A stretch of DNA of 64,000 nucleotides. Origin: Giardia intestinalis. Taxonomy: Eukaryota. Every line of letters starts with the position of its first letter. The first letter of the stretch is position 1. Shown here piece by piece: positions 46,939 to 61,300 of the stretch. The notes under the pieces are model-generated. The model was given only the letters and a program-made list of their open reading frames with translations, searched no databases and was not told the DNA's origin. The position numbers and the translations under genes are program-made. The stretch lies in assembly GCA_000002435.2 (NCBI GenBank), contig CM018793.1; one strand, 5' to 3'.

Positions 46939-49032
46939 ATGAGTAATACCCAATCGACGTTTAACGCGCTGCCCTCTGGGAATGATAGTCATGAGGTCAG
47001 TGCTTCTTCACCAGACCACTGGCTTGCTGATCAAGGAGATGAAATTGGCAAAGGGGTACACGGAGTTATATACTCCTTCAAGAGTGACTCGAGTCTGGTT
47101 CTGAAGGAGATTCTGAATGATCACGTCTCAACAGCGACCTTTAAAACACTGCTCGAGAGGCTGCGCACGTTTGCTACCCTGAAGCACCCGAACATAGTCG
47201 ATTGTCAGGGCGTTCTTGAAACAGATATCTCTGTGTATCTAAGGATGAAGCGCTATGGGACGTCTCTCGATGCCATCTGCCGCTCATACAGACGAAAAAA
47301 GCAGACGTTCCCACAAAGGTTGATATTTTCAATCATACGACAAGTAGCCATGGGGCTAGCGCATCTTCACAAGTGGACTGGAAGCGCTGCAAATGGAGAC
47401 TCTGTTTCTTCGTTTGTGCACGGAAACTTAAAGCCTACTAACATATTAGCAAATAAGGATGAGTCCGATTTCGTCATATCAGACGCAGGGATATACGGAG
47501 GTGAGTTAGAGGACTTTAGTTCCACCCTTGGCTTAGCGCAGATGTACATGGCTCCTGAAACGCTCCTCCACGAACAATACTTTCCTGAGTCCGATATTTG
47601 GAGCCTAGGGGTCATCCTCTATGAGCTAGCGACTGGAACTAAGATTCCCTTTCTGAAGAGTGACACACCGAAGAACGTTTTTGTGGAGGGTTGGACGCCG
47701 GATTTGAGCGAGGTTAGGGACCCTGTATTCAAAGCTATCCTCGAACACATCTTTACCTTAGATCCACACGCCCGCCTCACTGCCGACGAGCTTGTGGGTC
47801 TTCTCCACGAAAGCATTCCTCCCATTTGTGTCACATATATGTTAACAACGAGGCGTTTGGAACGTGACCTGAGAGAATGCAAGCAACAGATAGACTCGCT
47901 TAGTCGCGATAACCTGGAACTAAGGACTCAGCTAGCTAACTTAGCAACAACAACAGTACCAGTGCATCACACAGTTGTTGGCCCATCTGCTGGGAAGCAA
48001 GAAGTCAAAGCGCAACAGGGACAAGGGAAGCCCCTTTTCCCACCTAAACTAAAATCTACCACACTTACAAAACTAATGGCTGCCGCACGGAGTAATAATG
48101 TTGCCGTCGCTAAACCGTTAATACTTTCCAAGACAGACGTGTGTGCTAAAGATGATCTTGGGATGACGGCTCTTATGCATGCTGCACGGACTCAGAGTCT
48201 TGACGTGGCAAAGCTGCTTGTATGCCTTGAACGAGGCATGCAGGACTATACCGGGAAGACTGCCTTGATCCATGCAGCTATCGATGGGCGGCTAACAATG
48301 GTCAAGTACCTACTTGAGCACGAAAAGACATTGAGTGACGTCCATGGAATAACCGCATTAATGTATGCGGTCATCTATGGCCACAGAAAACTAGTTACCA
48401 TTCTAAAGGACGAGGAGTGCAGATTACAAGACAATGAGGGCCAGACTGCGCTGATGTATGCAGCAGACAACAATAACTGTGGCATCATCAATATCCTAGC
48501 CCAGCATGAAGCTATGGTGAAGGACAACAACGGGCACACAGCCTTTCTGCATGCATTGCTGCGTGGACACAAGGAGGCAGCAACCCTGCTCTTGCAGTAT
48601 GATGATCCAGTAGACGATATTGGCCGCACGGCTCTCATGCGTGCCGTAGACGAAGACAACCTTGATCTTCTACCCTTTCTTATTCCTTTGCAGAAGGGGC
48701 TTAGGACTCTGAGCGAAGAGGCTATAGGCAGTTACTTCGTCACTGGGAGGACTGCACTAATGGGTGCAAGCATATGCAACAATCTGGAGGCAATTAGATT
48801 GCTTGTAGAGCACGAAGCGCAAATTCAAGACTCTAATGGATATACTGCTCTTATGTTTGCCGCCCAAGCCGCCAATTATGAGGCGACGCAGATACTTCTG
48901 CCATATGAGCAGGGGATCAGAAACGCTCAGGGCAAAACGGCGGCTATTCTCGCAGAGGAATGCAACTGTCGCGAAATTATAAACTTAATGAAGCCATACA
49001 GGGAGGAGATTGATAGTTTAAAAGATCATTGA
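46939..49032 (+). CDS. NEK-like kinase-fold protein with the catalytic Asp replaced (HGN for HRD; predicted pseudokinase), a coiled coil and a C-terminal ankyrin-repeat array.
   Basis: Gly loop IGKGVHGVIY and beta3 Lys LVLKEI are present. FVHGNLKPTNIL stands in place of HRDLKPxN. DAG replaces DFG. MAPE and DIWSLGVILYE are present. The coiled-coil is RRLERDLRECKQQIDSLSRDNLELRTQL. About 9 ankyrin repeats carry TALMHAA, TALMYAA and TALMFAA. Confidence 0.7.
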   Translation: MSNTQSTFNALPSGNDSHEVSASSPDHWLADQGDEIGKGVHGVIYSFKSDSSLVLKEILNDHVSTATFKTLLERLRTFATLKHPNIVDCQGVLETDISVYLRMKRYGTSLDAICRSYRRKKQTFPQRLIFSIIRQVAMGLAHLHKWTGSAANGDSVSSFVHGNLKPTNILANKDESDFVISDAGIYGGELEDFSSTLGLAQMYMAPETLLHEQYFPESDIWSLGVILYELATGTKIPFLKSDTPKNVFVEGWTPDLSEVRDPVFKAILEHIFTLDPHARLTADELVGLLHESIPPICVTYMLTTRRLERDLRECKQQIDSLSRDNLELRTQLANLATTTVPVHHTVVGPSAGKQEVKAQQGQGKPLFPPKLKSTTLTKLMAAARSNNVAVAKPLILSKTDVCAKDDLGMTALMHAARTQSLDVAKLLVCLERGMQDYTGKTALIHAAIDGRLTMVKYLLEHEKTLSDVHGITALMYAVIYGHRKLVTILKDEECRLQDNEGQTALMYAADNNNCGIINILAQHEAMVKDNNGHTAFLHALLRGHKEAATLLLQYDDPVDDIGRTALMRAVDEDNLDLLPFLIPLQKGLRTLSEEAIGSYFVTGRTALMGASICNNLEAIRLLVEHEAQIQDSNGYTALMFAAQAANYEATQILLPYEQGIRNAQGKTAAILAEECNCREIINLMKPYREEIDSLKDH

Positions 49033-49311
49033 CTCTTCGGCTACCTGCGCGCGAATCCCAAGTAGCATTTTTCTACCTCTAGGTCATGCTCCTATGCACT
49101 GGACCAGAGCCTAGGGGGAGCTAACTTACAACATGTACTAAGCACAGATTCTGTACAGAGCATCTGTGTATGATGATTGGCTGTGTAAGAGAGTACAATC
49201 CGAGTGTTTATTATAGAATGATACAATGCGTTCTATATAGAGCTAAGTTAATAGAGTACAGCCCAGCAGCTTCGTCACTTATCAGGAAGGCCTGCGACAT
49301 CACTGATCTTC

Positions 49312-52300
49312 TCATGATCCCTCATCTATTCCTGCGTCAATACAGTAGGCAACATACTCTAGTGACGGTTGTGTCAAAGATTCATTGACAGTGAGCTCGG
49401 ACACATCGTTAATATGAGTGTAGTCATTGCTGTCTACGCAGACCTTGGAAACGGGGATTCTTGAATCCAGGGAGCTAACAGTCGAAGTCAGTAGCATGGC
49501 AGCGCGGGCGACATTGTCCCTTTGGAGTCCTTCATACTCCTCCACTAGTCCATTAACGAGTAGCTGCATTTCTATTTCATCAGTCCAAGTGCGAGAGATG
49601 TGTGTTGTTGCATTTTGTACAGAAATGGTTCTCGCCACATTCTGGGCTACAGCCTGAGGATACCGGGACTTGCTGTCTAGGAGCATATGCCGAACTGCTC
49701 GGGAAATGGCCAATGGACAATACGCCATGAGTATTTGAAGGCTCAAGGTGTGTACCAAGCTCTGTCCAATCGTCGCTCTGGGATGTGACGTCAGCTGGGT
49801 GTCAAAGTGCTCAGTATGAGGAGAGCACCTATGCAAGTCTTGTACAGATTGTCCTGTAGCTAGACTTTTAATTATAATTGACCGGAGGCAAAGCTCCTTG
49901 AAGGCAGAGGTGTCTCCGTACATGTCTGGAGTACTCAGAGGGGCGAACGAGATGACCTCTCCCGTTGAGAAGTCATAAGCTTCCTCGGCCAGCTGCATCT
50001 TTGGAAGATTGAATAGTTCATGAAGAATGAGCCTCTGTGCAATGCCGATAGAGACTGCCTTTCGCACTCCAAAAAGCTTCCGATAATTGTACTGAAACGT
50101 TGCAGCAGAACAACCTGCGAACTTGTCAACATAGGTTGTTTGCTTGCAGTGATAAACGTGCACATTTCTCGAAATATTGATGTACTTTTCCCAGAATATT
50201 ACGTGAGACGATGGATTTATAGCTCCGTTGACTATATTTGACGCATCCTTGTAAAGACCCATTCTCAGCGGAACAGCGTAGGGCATAAGCACAGAGAGAC
50301 AATCGATGATGTACGGATTGTTCGGTATTTCAAGAACCAAATAGTCCACAGTCCCTCCAAACCTATATGATACATTTGACATGCTCAACTTGACTATTGG
50401 CAGGCCAGAAATGAACAAGATGATGGGTCCAATTGGCCTTTTGCAGTAGCTGGAGGTGTGTATGAGATATGAGAGAACGTTGTCGGTGAGGCTATTGCCG
50501 ACACCACTAGAGATGTGGTCTGTGCGGTTATTGTATGCTGGCATGGCAAATGATGGGTCTGGAGTAGGTAGGACACCACTGAAGCTGTCGATGTCGAAGT
50601 GGGTTGCTGAACTGATAGAGTTCTCAGCGTACAGAAGTCCGTCGTCATAGAAGAACCCCCCGATGATGTCCGTAAGCAATGGAGATGTTGTTGCCCCAGC
50701 CTGAGGGTTATGGCACCCTAGAGACGCATCAACTACCTGGGATGCTCTAAAGCGCCGTGTATTTATGGACGGGATGCCCCAGAACTCGGTGCTTTCGAGG
50801 TTTCTCTGCACCACTAGATCCCTGAGGTAGCACATATAATCGTGGACATACGTTTCAAAGAATTTAAAAACCACATCGGAGGAGCCACCGTTTTGTGCCT
50901 GCATGTTAATGATTCTATCTATACACTCTATGAGCTGTTGCCTCGCTTGGAACTTCTCTGAAATGAGATTCTTATAGCTTACTAGGAAGGTCTTATTCTT
51001 CCCGAGAAAGATCTCATAATTATGTGCGACCAGGTGGGAATGGAGCTTTTTCGTAATAGAATAATACCAGGGTGCAGTGCCGGCAGAGATGCCATCAAAC
51101 GCAGCAATGAGAGAGATAGATTCATTCTCCAGCGTCGTTGATATTCTGTAAATCGAGTATGCAAAGACAAAAAGCAGGAAGCCGAAGCCTAATAACATGG
51201 ACAGTGCCTTGTCTGCCGCGCTTCTCTCTCCCACCGACCTGGAGGAACAAGCATTCCGCACACACAGCTCTACTTCCAGTATCAGTGCAAGCAAAATATC
51301 GTACACCACCTTCTTTCTTTTCTCCTGGACGTCATACGAAACAAGCTGTGTGATCTTCCCGATAAATATTTGCTGAAGAGACAACAGTTGGTCTATGTTT
51401 TCAACGTCCTCAGTAGAGGTCTTGCTAGCGCGGGCTTCGGAAGAGTTGCCTCTCACATGAAGAAGATAGAGCCATAAACTCAGCCCATCGTGGTCTGTTT
51501 TGTATTGCATAGAATTAGGTGCTATTTTCCTAAGCAAAGGCTGCCTCTTAGCTAGTTCGGACAAAGCTGAAAGAACATCAAACCGATAGGATGAATCAAG
51601 GTATGTGATTTCCTTAGTATAGGCGTCTGCTTCGCAGAGAAGTACCAACAAGATCTCCCAGTACTTAATCTGTCGTAGTAATGAGATGCTTGCTTGATGA
51701 GTGTCGTCTTGTATAGGGCTTGACTTTATTAGGTAGTTTCGCACCTTCAATATATCAATCCCGAGGATGAACGTCAGTTCAACGAACAGTCGGGGACTCA
51801 CGTGATAGGATGGGAAGGCAGTGTAATTGCCATCCTTAAGCAGAACTGGGTATTGTCTGTCACAATCACTATACATATTGATTAGCAATCCAGTAAGAAA
51901 TCCCAACCTAGCAACAGAGTTATGCCTTGAGATGCGAGGGTAGAATGAAATAGTGCAGAAAATGCGTCGATAGTTGTACGCAATGTGATGAGGATGAATG
52001 TGCATGACCGAAGTTATCAGTGTGTACAGCAAAATGCTGTCTAGCATTGACCACTGCCCATACTGTGGCTTTAAAAAGACAGAGAAGACAGAAGAGCTTG
52101 ACAGACCATCGTACAGGTTTGCGATAGCAGGGCCACACTCCATATAAAAGACGGATGGAGGCATTAAAATAAAGTTTAGCATGCTATTAAAAGTTCCCAA
52201 GGCTGCACGGTCCCTGGACTCGCAGAATCGGCTTTCCAGAATGTTCCTATAATATCGTAACATAGTAGTACGCCTTTTAATGGTAGAGTCGTCGCCCTGC

Positions 52301-55300
52301 ACCCCTTTGCTGGGGATTACGTGCTCGATATGGATGCTCTCATAGAGCTGGTTGAGTGTCTCAATATCGGCAGCCTCGTTGATATTAGAAATGCTGTTTA
52401 TACAGCTAACAAAGAAGGAGACTAGTAGATCCCATAGATGGGCCAAGGAAGCAGGGCTCAACACACTATGTTGGGGGTCTGATAGATGCGATGAATCAGC
52501 ACTAGCCACGGGCCCAAGATGTGTGCTGTTGGAGGACGGGTAAGCAGGGGTATGCTTAATGAAGCTGTCAATGTGATGAAGAAATAGATCTGTGTTAGCC
52601 TGCCAATATCGTGGAAGATCCTTGGCCCCCGGATTGTTGCTGCCAGCACCCAGGCTCTTCAGGGCCATTGACGTGCTTTCAGACACAGTGGAAGGGAAGG
52701 GCATCTCTGACCTCTCAACGAGGATGCGCATGTGGCTCAGACTGGTGCGTATTTCTTCGAGGAGATGCTTCTGGGTCTTAATATAATCGTTCAGAAAGGT
52801 CGGATTCTCGAGGTACATAAGGCATTCATTTAAGGCTGCATAGTTGTCGTCTATCTTAATATTGTCCGCAAGAAAGGAGGTAGCCTGTGCACTGGTCTTC
52901 AAATCTTCGGACATCACTGCCTTATGGTTGAAGAACTTTCCCGATTTCATTAATGAAAAGATTTGACTTCTGATGCATCTCACCGTCTCGGCAATATAGG
53001 GTAAGTTGTTGGAGAGCTTCTGCATTTCATTCCAATTAACCTCTTTCTTGTTTGCGACACGAGCTGCTGCAGGCATCCCCAATAGGAGCGCATGTTCAAT
53101 TATAGAGTTCAGGGTATGCGGTCTTGTAATCGCAAAGTTGCTGCGCAAGCTATCCCATAGACACGCAGAATAGCTTCTAGCAATAGCCCGAACCTGAGCA
53201 TCGATGCTTTCATCGTAGAGGTCATCCAAGTACTGATACGGCGCTGAGAAAACCTTTGTGTAGCTTATAATGACCATGAGCCGACATGTGGCCCACGTGC
53301 TAATTTCTCTTGGTCCAGCCAAATAGATGTCCTTGTGTCTCGTTCTGAAGCTTGAAAGCAAGCTAACTATGGGTAAATGTATGAAGTTTCGATAGAATCG
53401 ATCCGTTGTCCTCTTTCTTGATTGAATCGCTTGTTGTAGACTTTGCCCTTGCGATAGGAGTTCCTTATCGATAACCTGCTTATAGGCGCGCTTGATTGCG
53501 GTGATAGAGTACAGCAGCGTTGAATATATATCTGAAAGGTCTGCATACTGATACAGTAGCGACGTTATGTTAGCATCTAAGAACACTCGCTCTGAGATCA
53601 GCATATCTCTGATGGACAGGAGCAAGCGGCGAATGAGTGCTGCGTTGTCCAAAGGATTGGTGAGAGCGAAGTAAAGAAGATAGATCTGTGACTCCACGGT
53701 CAGATTTGTTAGCATTGCATCGCAAGAGACAGCAGACTTGAGTGCAGATTGATCTGCATTGGCATCCAAGTTGCAGCTCAGTATGCTACGCAGCTTTGAA
53801 TCAGTGACGGCAGAGGCCAAGCCTACCTGGTTATCGGTAAGAAAGGCCTGGTGAAGTGTAGAAGCACGTAAGTCTAGCGCAGATTTGCAGTATTGCTCAT
53901 ATTTTCCGGACCCAGATACAAGATCATCTAAACGATAGGTGAGAGCCATCCCCTGTAGACCCGGCATGCATCCGGTTGGAACATAGGTAGCTATCTGAAA
54001 TCCCACTATGGGGGATAAGTGTGCAAAGTCGGCGGCATTAATATTGATAGCGTACGGCAAGGCTCTGAATTGATAGTTGCTTAAGCTTCTATGAGTGCAG
54101 AAGGACCGCTTCAAGATAGTCGATTTCAAGACGAACTCAATGGCTTCCTTTGGGTACAGGTATGCGAACAGAAAGATGCTGTCAGTAAGGGTGCTGAGTA
54201 TTGACGGCTGAATGATCTTGTCGTCGTCAAGGTATGGAGACGAGTAAAGCATGGCATCATTGACAGCATCAGAGGCGTTGCTGAATGATGAAAATGCTTC
54301 TTGAGTATAGCTTAGAATGCTACTAGAAAGAACCGTGATAGGAAGATGGAGACCGAAAAGCTCCTCTGATGGTCCTGGAAAGAGATTTGCTAGTATGCAA
54401 AGAGAGTTAATATGAGGTACCGGAGTGCTAGCCATTATCTGCCCAGAACTATATGATTCAAGAGAATTGGATTGCTGTGCATTGGTATTGAACTCTGAAG
54501 ACTTTAGCACCTCATTCAAGTAGTTGAAGAAGTCAGTTAGCTTGTCTGTATCTTGATGCTGCGGATTGTCGCGCTTAAAGCGCCTGGATGCCATCACCAC
54601 CTCGACTGCTCGTTCAAACTTTTGTCTGATAGCCTTTATATTCTGATGAAAATCAAGTATTGCCTTGTCCCAGATAAAGCGTGCAGAGGCGTGGGTGTTG
54701 GAATTGAACGAGAAGACCTGGCGAAGCGCGGACATGAAGTAACTGAGCACATAGGTCCCGTGCGTATTTAAGAAGTAGTTGACTATGTATCTGGGTATGT
54801 TAAGGAATTCCATGTTACGCTCAGCCACAAGGTGGCCATTGTATGCAAACCTTGCCTCAGTCATATTATACCGAGGATCCATTCTGCTTGCATGGGACAG
54901 GATAGGCGAAGAATTGTAAGGTGTTTCTCTGTTGGCTATGCGCGGCTGGATATGCGAGACGCTATAGTACGTCTCGTTTATCCAGAAAGAAAGCAGCTGG
55001 GTGTACTTGTCTTCAGACAGCTGCTGGAGGTATGTCCGGAAGGGATTATAATACAGGTTGCGCAACTCAGACAAGTAAATGACCATGTATTCTGAGGCCT
55101 CCTCAGGGTTTTCATTGACGAAGTGGTTGAGATACAGGATAGAAATAGCTGCTGCTTCCCTATATTGTCCTGTGTGCTTCAGGAACTGCATAGAGAACAT
55201 GTCCACTGGAGACAATCGTTGGAATACTTTATAGTAGAGCTTCTGAATACCGAGACTGCTCTGTAAATAGAGAAGATTGGGCCGATACACAGACGGGTGT

Positions 55301-58300
55301 GTGGGCTGGACGGCCTGAAAGACATTGATCCGAGAAAGACGCCAGCTGCCGGTACCAAGGTATATGTACTGTTTCCCTAGCAAATTCGGGGCCGGCGGGG
55401 TCCCTAATCTAAAGGGGAGCAACCACCCCAGTCGCAGCTCCTTGTCGTTTAATAGCTTGATGCTAGCATGAGCCGTGCGCTTCAGCAGCAGCTCCCACGT
55501 TAGCGCCTTGTTCAAGCCTGAAAGATTGAAGACACAGTACTTCTGGTTCGAAAAGCAGTCTACCCCAATGTGAAGAATCTTGAAGAGAGCAGTCACCGTA
55601 GCATAGAGGTTCTTTCTTAGCAACTCTATGTCCCCAAGACTATACTCTGAAACGTGAGGGAGCGAAAAGGCCGGGCCATTGCGAAGAGCAAGCTGCTCCT
55701 TGAAGTCTTCGAAGAGCTCTGGACAGATGCCCTGTAAGGTCGTTGGATCGTCATTGATCGCCATATTGAAGACGTGAAAGTACCTCGGTATCAAGTAGTT
55801 ATATGACATGAGCATGTCTAGCTGCTCCTTCTTGTCCTTCTTCAGTGCCTCTATATACTCTCTATACACATCTGTCACGCCCTTTTCTACACTCCTAATT
55901 TCGGCTATGTCGTCTGAGGTCGGTATGATGCTTGCTGTCTCCTTGGATTGGAGCTTCTCCCGGACCATATACAGCTTATCTGCACTTACCATATAAGCTT
56001 CCAACTTCTTCCTTATGATGCTATGTGTATCTTTACGACCTGCGAAGATGCGCTCAATAGAAGTCAGCGTATTGGCCTCGAACTTGATGATAGGCTCATT
56101 GTACTTGGGTATCCCGGAGAGCATCTTTGCCTTGTATGTGCTGACCTTGTCATGAAGTCTAGGCAGAAAGAGTATCCGGTCATAGAGTTGCATGCTAATA
56201 GCGAGGAGTTCTAGGTAAATATGAGTTATCTTTTGCAAGTCACAGGTAAGCGTGAGGTTGTCGTAGAAACCGTCTGTCGATTGAGCGCTAAAAACAAAGT
56301 ACTTTGCTGTGTCAATAGGTGCTTGAAAGAGATTGTTTGGCGGCAAGGAGCCATCCCCCGCGCTGGTTGACAGCAAATCAGTAACGATGTTGTATAGCTC
56401 CAGGACAACCCTGACATTCTGTCTGAGGTCTGTGTAAAAACGCCTGGATATAATGGTACTCGGAGCCCGGGCCTGGCAGCTCTCATATTCTATGGGGGGC
56501 CCAGCCTTCCACTGCTTGAGCAAAAACTCATAAAACATCCAGATAAGACCAAATCCGTACTTGTTCCCTGCAGTGTTCCCTATGTGAGGAAGCCCGGCAC
56601 CAATTCCGCTAACCGTAGGCTCTGCGTGGGTAGGGATAAAGGATGTAAATCCGAGTGTTTTAGAAAAGTTACGTATCAACCCACCCATAGACGTGTTGGA
56701 CTGCTGGGGTATGTGACGGCAAAAACTTTCAGTGATTGATATCACAGTGTCTGGCTCGCAGGGGAAGTGCCCAAACTCCACTATGAGACCCAGAACAAGG
56801 CGATAGAAGGAGTTGCGGGTGAAAAGAAAACTGTCGAGATTTCTTAGCGTCGGTAGGTAGTTCAGAAGCTTCTGATACAGACGCTGAACACCCATCCTGG
56901 ACTGCGAGCTGATGAGTATCGACGGGTGACAGTTACAATTGTATCTACTTAAGTCGCGCTTTTCATTAGCTAGGTCAAGAGACCATGCGTGTCTGTCCGG
57001 AGTGCTGTTCAAAAGGCTAGTCATAAAATCATGGTACGTCTCCGCTGCAAAGCTCGATAGGATAGCGAATGAGCTAGTGTACATGGTGACTACTCTGCAA
57101 AACTCCGCCAGACCATCAATCGGCCGCGCAGCTAGACGCATAAACAGAGACAACAAAAGAAAGGCGTCGCTCCTCTGCCGTAATAGATTCAGGGGCTGCT
57201 GTGGCAAGACTTGACTAAAGAGAATCTTAATGACACCGTCCTCTGGAATTTCTCCTGGAGCCGATGAGGTGATGTCATAAAGAAATGCAGCCGGAAGAAT
57301 ATATTGCTGTGCAGTGTCTTTGTGGAGTGGCATGGTAGGGTCTACATAGTTGTTCTCCAGTGAAAGATATATGAGCCGCAGATCCCTTAGAATGTGTGAA
57401 TAGCATTCGGATTCTGTCTGTGCAAGTAGCTGTTCCCGCTGCTTCAAGAACTTGACAAAGGCCACGAGCTTCTCCTTGACAGACGCATGCAAGAGATCAC
57501 GCTGGGCGGCGTTGGACTCGTCCTCATACCAAGATACGGTCTCGCAGACTATGTTCCAGAGTATACGCTTACACAGCGCATCGACAAAGTACCTTGAAAA
57601 GTCTGATGCATGGTATGTCAAGTTAGCTATGAAAAAGTTCGACTCCAGGAAATAGCCTCCTGGAGAAAGTAGGTGCCATAGCTTATTGCATTCACGTTGC
57701 AAGATAACAATCTCGTTGTCAATAGCAGAGAATAGAACCGCGGGCGTTGGCTCCAGTACGGCAATGTAGTGCCCAACATTTTTGTTCAAAAGGTGGATAA
57801 GAAACTGGACCAGTTCGTTAATTCTGTCCTTAAATTCTCCAAGAAAGAAAGTTTTGAAGTAATTAAAGTTGGTTAGGGTAAAATTAATGAACGAATTAAA
57901 ATATATAAGCATCCGAAGAAACAAAAGAGTAGAAATCACGATTGTGAAGGAGAACGGCTCCAGGCTCCTGAGCAGTTGATTCACCAGGTTAAAGTGGATC
58001 AGAAAAATGAACACTCGTGCCTCCAACACTGCCTTATTATGATCTGAGGAAGAAGACATCATGGAAGTGTATCGATTGTATGCGTGCAGATACTCCTGTG
58101 GTAGAGCCAATGTATTCCAGGAAATCTGGTCAATCTTCCGCATGTCAATGTCGCGCGACTCAGAAAATAGACTGGTGTACAGAGACATGAACACCGAGGG
58201 TGAGATAGCTGAATCAGAGTTGGGCCTATCAGCGGACTTGTAGTGCTCGAGCAATTGGGCTAAGAAGGCCTTAATATAGCTCAGCACGGACGAGGGTATC

Positions 58301-61300
58301 TTGAGCACAGCCCCATCACTCACATCCCTTCTATCTCTGTCTGTAGTGAAGGCAACAATGGCAAGACCTAGGAGATCCTCTAGAGCATGGATAATGTTGG
58401 TGTGGCCAAGAAAGAATGTGTTGTAGATGTTAGTGCTCATGAAGGCCACGGAACACTTCACAATCGGCGCGCTGGCTATGTCGTTTAGAAGAATAAAGGA
58501 AAAGCGAAGCACGAGAGAAAGGGTTGAGACCTGTTTTGGATCATAGGAGGAGTGCAAGTGAAGGATGACTGGTTTAAGCAGGTTACTATAATATCTGTAG
58601 GCATGAACATACCGTACCAGAGTAATCCTCAGCATAGAAAGTGTGTCAGTCCGATCAATGTTTTTCCCGGAGTAAGATGCAGCCAAATCCAAGCTATAAA
58701 ACGCCGGTGCCCCTGGATGTATATCATAGTTCGCGCTTGGTATCTCCAAGCACCAATCAGTAGCATACACAGATCGAAGCTCGCTAGATAAGGCGATTAT
58801 AAACCTGTGCAGTGTAAAGAGGCAGCTTGATAGCTTGGCCAAATAGTAGTAACACTCCTCTACGATGTCCTTGCGGTAAGAAAGTGTCAACTCTCGTGCA
58901 CTGTACTCAAAGCGAAACGATCTATCAAACGAGAGAGCAAAGCAAAGTCGTTGAAGGAAAGAGGTACGTTGCAGCAAAAACTCAGTCCCTGACGACTTCG
59001 TGTGCGCGAGAATACTTAATAGAAACCACTTGTATTCTGCCACACGTCCGCTGTGTACAATGAGTTCTATGGCGAGTTCTGATAAATCCGTGGTTCTGAT
59101 GCACACAGGGAGGATCCTCTTAGAGCTGTCCGGTAGTGTAGATTGCTTTGGCGGTCGAAGTTGCTCGTTAGACGACTTGTGTTCCCTAAATTGAATATTC
59201 TCCATCCTGGTATCTATTGAGCTTGTGAGGATATAAACTACCAAGTGTGCATCATGCTTTATGGCCATTGAGCCAGTCATATTGGGAAGTACATCGCGGG
59301 GAGTGAGCAACTTGTACAACCCCACAAGTATGTCTCCAAGAAATTCGTGGCTGATGACTAAAACATCTGCCTGATGCCTGGATCCTCTGCTCTTAGACCC
59401 TTTGGATCCAGAACTATAATGCTTTAGGCCGTGCTTCAACGGGCTCTCTGTGTGGATGGAGAACGCCCGATGCTTGACGCTGACGGTAAGCTCTTTGTGG
59501 AGTTGTGCCCATTCCAACTCCTCTGTGATACTGTTCATCACGTTATTAGACTCCTGGTATAATGTTTCTTCGGAGTTCCCTACCTTAGGACACACTGCAA
59601 TAATTTTCAACAGAACGAAGATTAGGCCGGTTAAATACGGTTCTAGAGCTTTAGAAACGGTGTCGAATGTTTGCGAAAACATGAAGTTGGATGTGCAAAG
59701 TATGTGTACGTAGCATATGGCTATTAGGTTTATGATAGATGATAGCGCTGCTTGTAAAATAGAGTCGTCGGCTAATGCTGGTAAAAGGCGCTTGTAAATG
59801 GCGAAAATGTGTTTCTGCTTTCTTTCATTGATGAGCCCAATAACCTCCTTATCTGTTTCAGAATCAGACTCCAAAGTGATACATGCCTTCAGAGCGTCGT
59901 GGTGGTTGGAGCTTCCATTGACCACGTTCAGGTCAAGTCCAAGAATAAATGTGGAGATCGTAAAGATCAACTCGCTGCTTGTCTGAAGCAGTAAGACAGT
60001 GTCTTCATCATCGAAAAGACTCTCTTCACTAGTTGTGGCCAGTGCATTGGAAAGGCTCGTCATATAGTTGATGATTCGGCCGCAAAACACAAATCGCGAG
60101 CGACGCAACACAGACATCTGGGAAACGATCATAATAACATACGAGTTCATCAGTGCAATCGCAGAAGAGTAGTGTGCTGGGTCGTGGCAGCACCTATAGC
60201 CCCGTACTATGGGAAATAGTCGGAGAAAGGGTAATACTGCTCGCCAAAATCCTATCTTAATGTCCTCACTGTACCGGACCTCTAGAAGGCTTGTCAAGGA
60301 AAAGGCCAAGAAGTACTGTGTCACAGTGATAGGGAGATCCAGGGTCGAACTTTGGCCCGGGATGGACACGTAGTTATACCAATGGCACTGCTTTATGACC
60401 TTAAGGCAGAGATCGTCCAGACGGGCTACTTCTTCCATGCTGAGCTCAAACAGAAGAAGTCGAGAAAGAGAGTCTATTAGCAGATCTTGCGGTTGGGTCA
60501 CCATTAGAATGGCCATGTACAACAGTGGCTTAAAGCTCTCCATAGCTAGCGCGAGGGGACCTAGAAACCTGACCATCTGGCCCATGTGGAGCCCTGTGAG
60601 GTCATACGTGAAGTCCTTTAAAATCTGCCGATAATGTTTCACTATGGCTACGTAGGAATCAAAGGAAAGCCAACCTTTTTCCAATCCAGCGTAAAGGAGT
60701 GGAAAAAAATACTTTTCTAATAGGTTATAGATGCCAACAAAATTATGAGCTCGACCCAGGCCCACGATATACGAAGACAGGTGGATGAAAAAGAAGTCCT
60801 TAGCAGAAGCCTCGTCCGTAATGTCTGCGGCTTCAAAAGATAGCTTTGAGAGATTGGACTCGGCAAGACGCGGAAACATGGTTCGCAGCGTGCTAAGATA
60901 TACCCCATCGAGAGCCAACTGACGCAGTTCCAATCTATCTGACGTTGATATGCGAGTCTCTGAAGCAAGAAGGAACGCAGCGGTGTGAAGCTTGTACTGT
61001 GGTACATAGAAGTCTGGATTGAGCACACAAAAGGCTCGTGCTCCTATGCGTATTGATGAGTTAAAGAGCCTTGCTGCCATGGCTCGGAGCTTGGCAATCT
61101 TCTCAGGAAGAAACTGAACAATACAGTTGCATGTGCTCTCAATCAATGCTCGCTCTGTCTCCGCATCGAAGCGTGCCGAGGTAGTAGAGAGGCAACTGAA
61201 GTCTTGCGGATTGGTAGCGGTACGCTCTCCAATATGCAAAGCAATAGAGACAAGCTTCAAAAGGGTTGCAGAAATAGACGCAACCCTTTGCTGCTCATCT

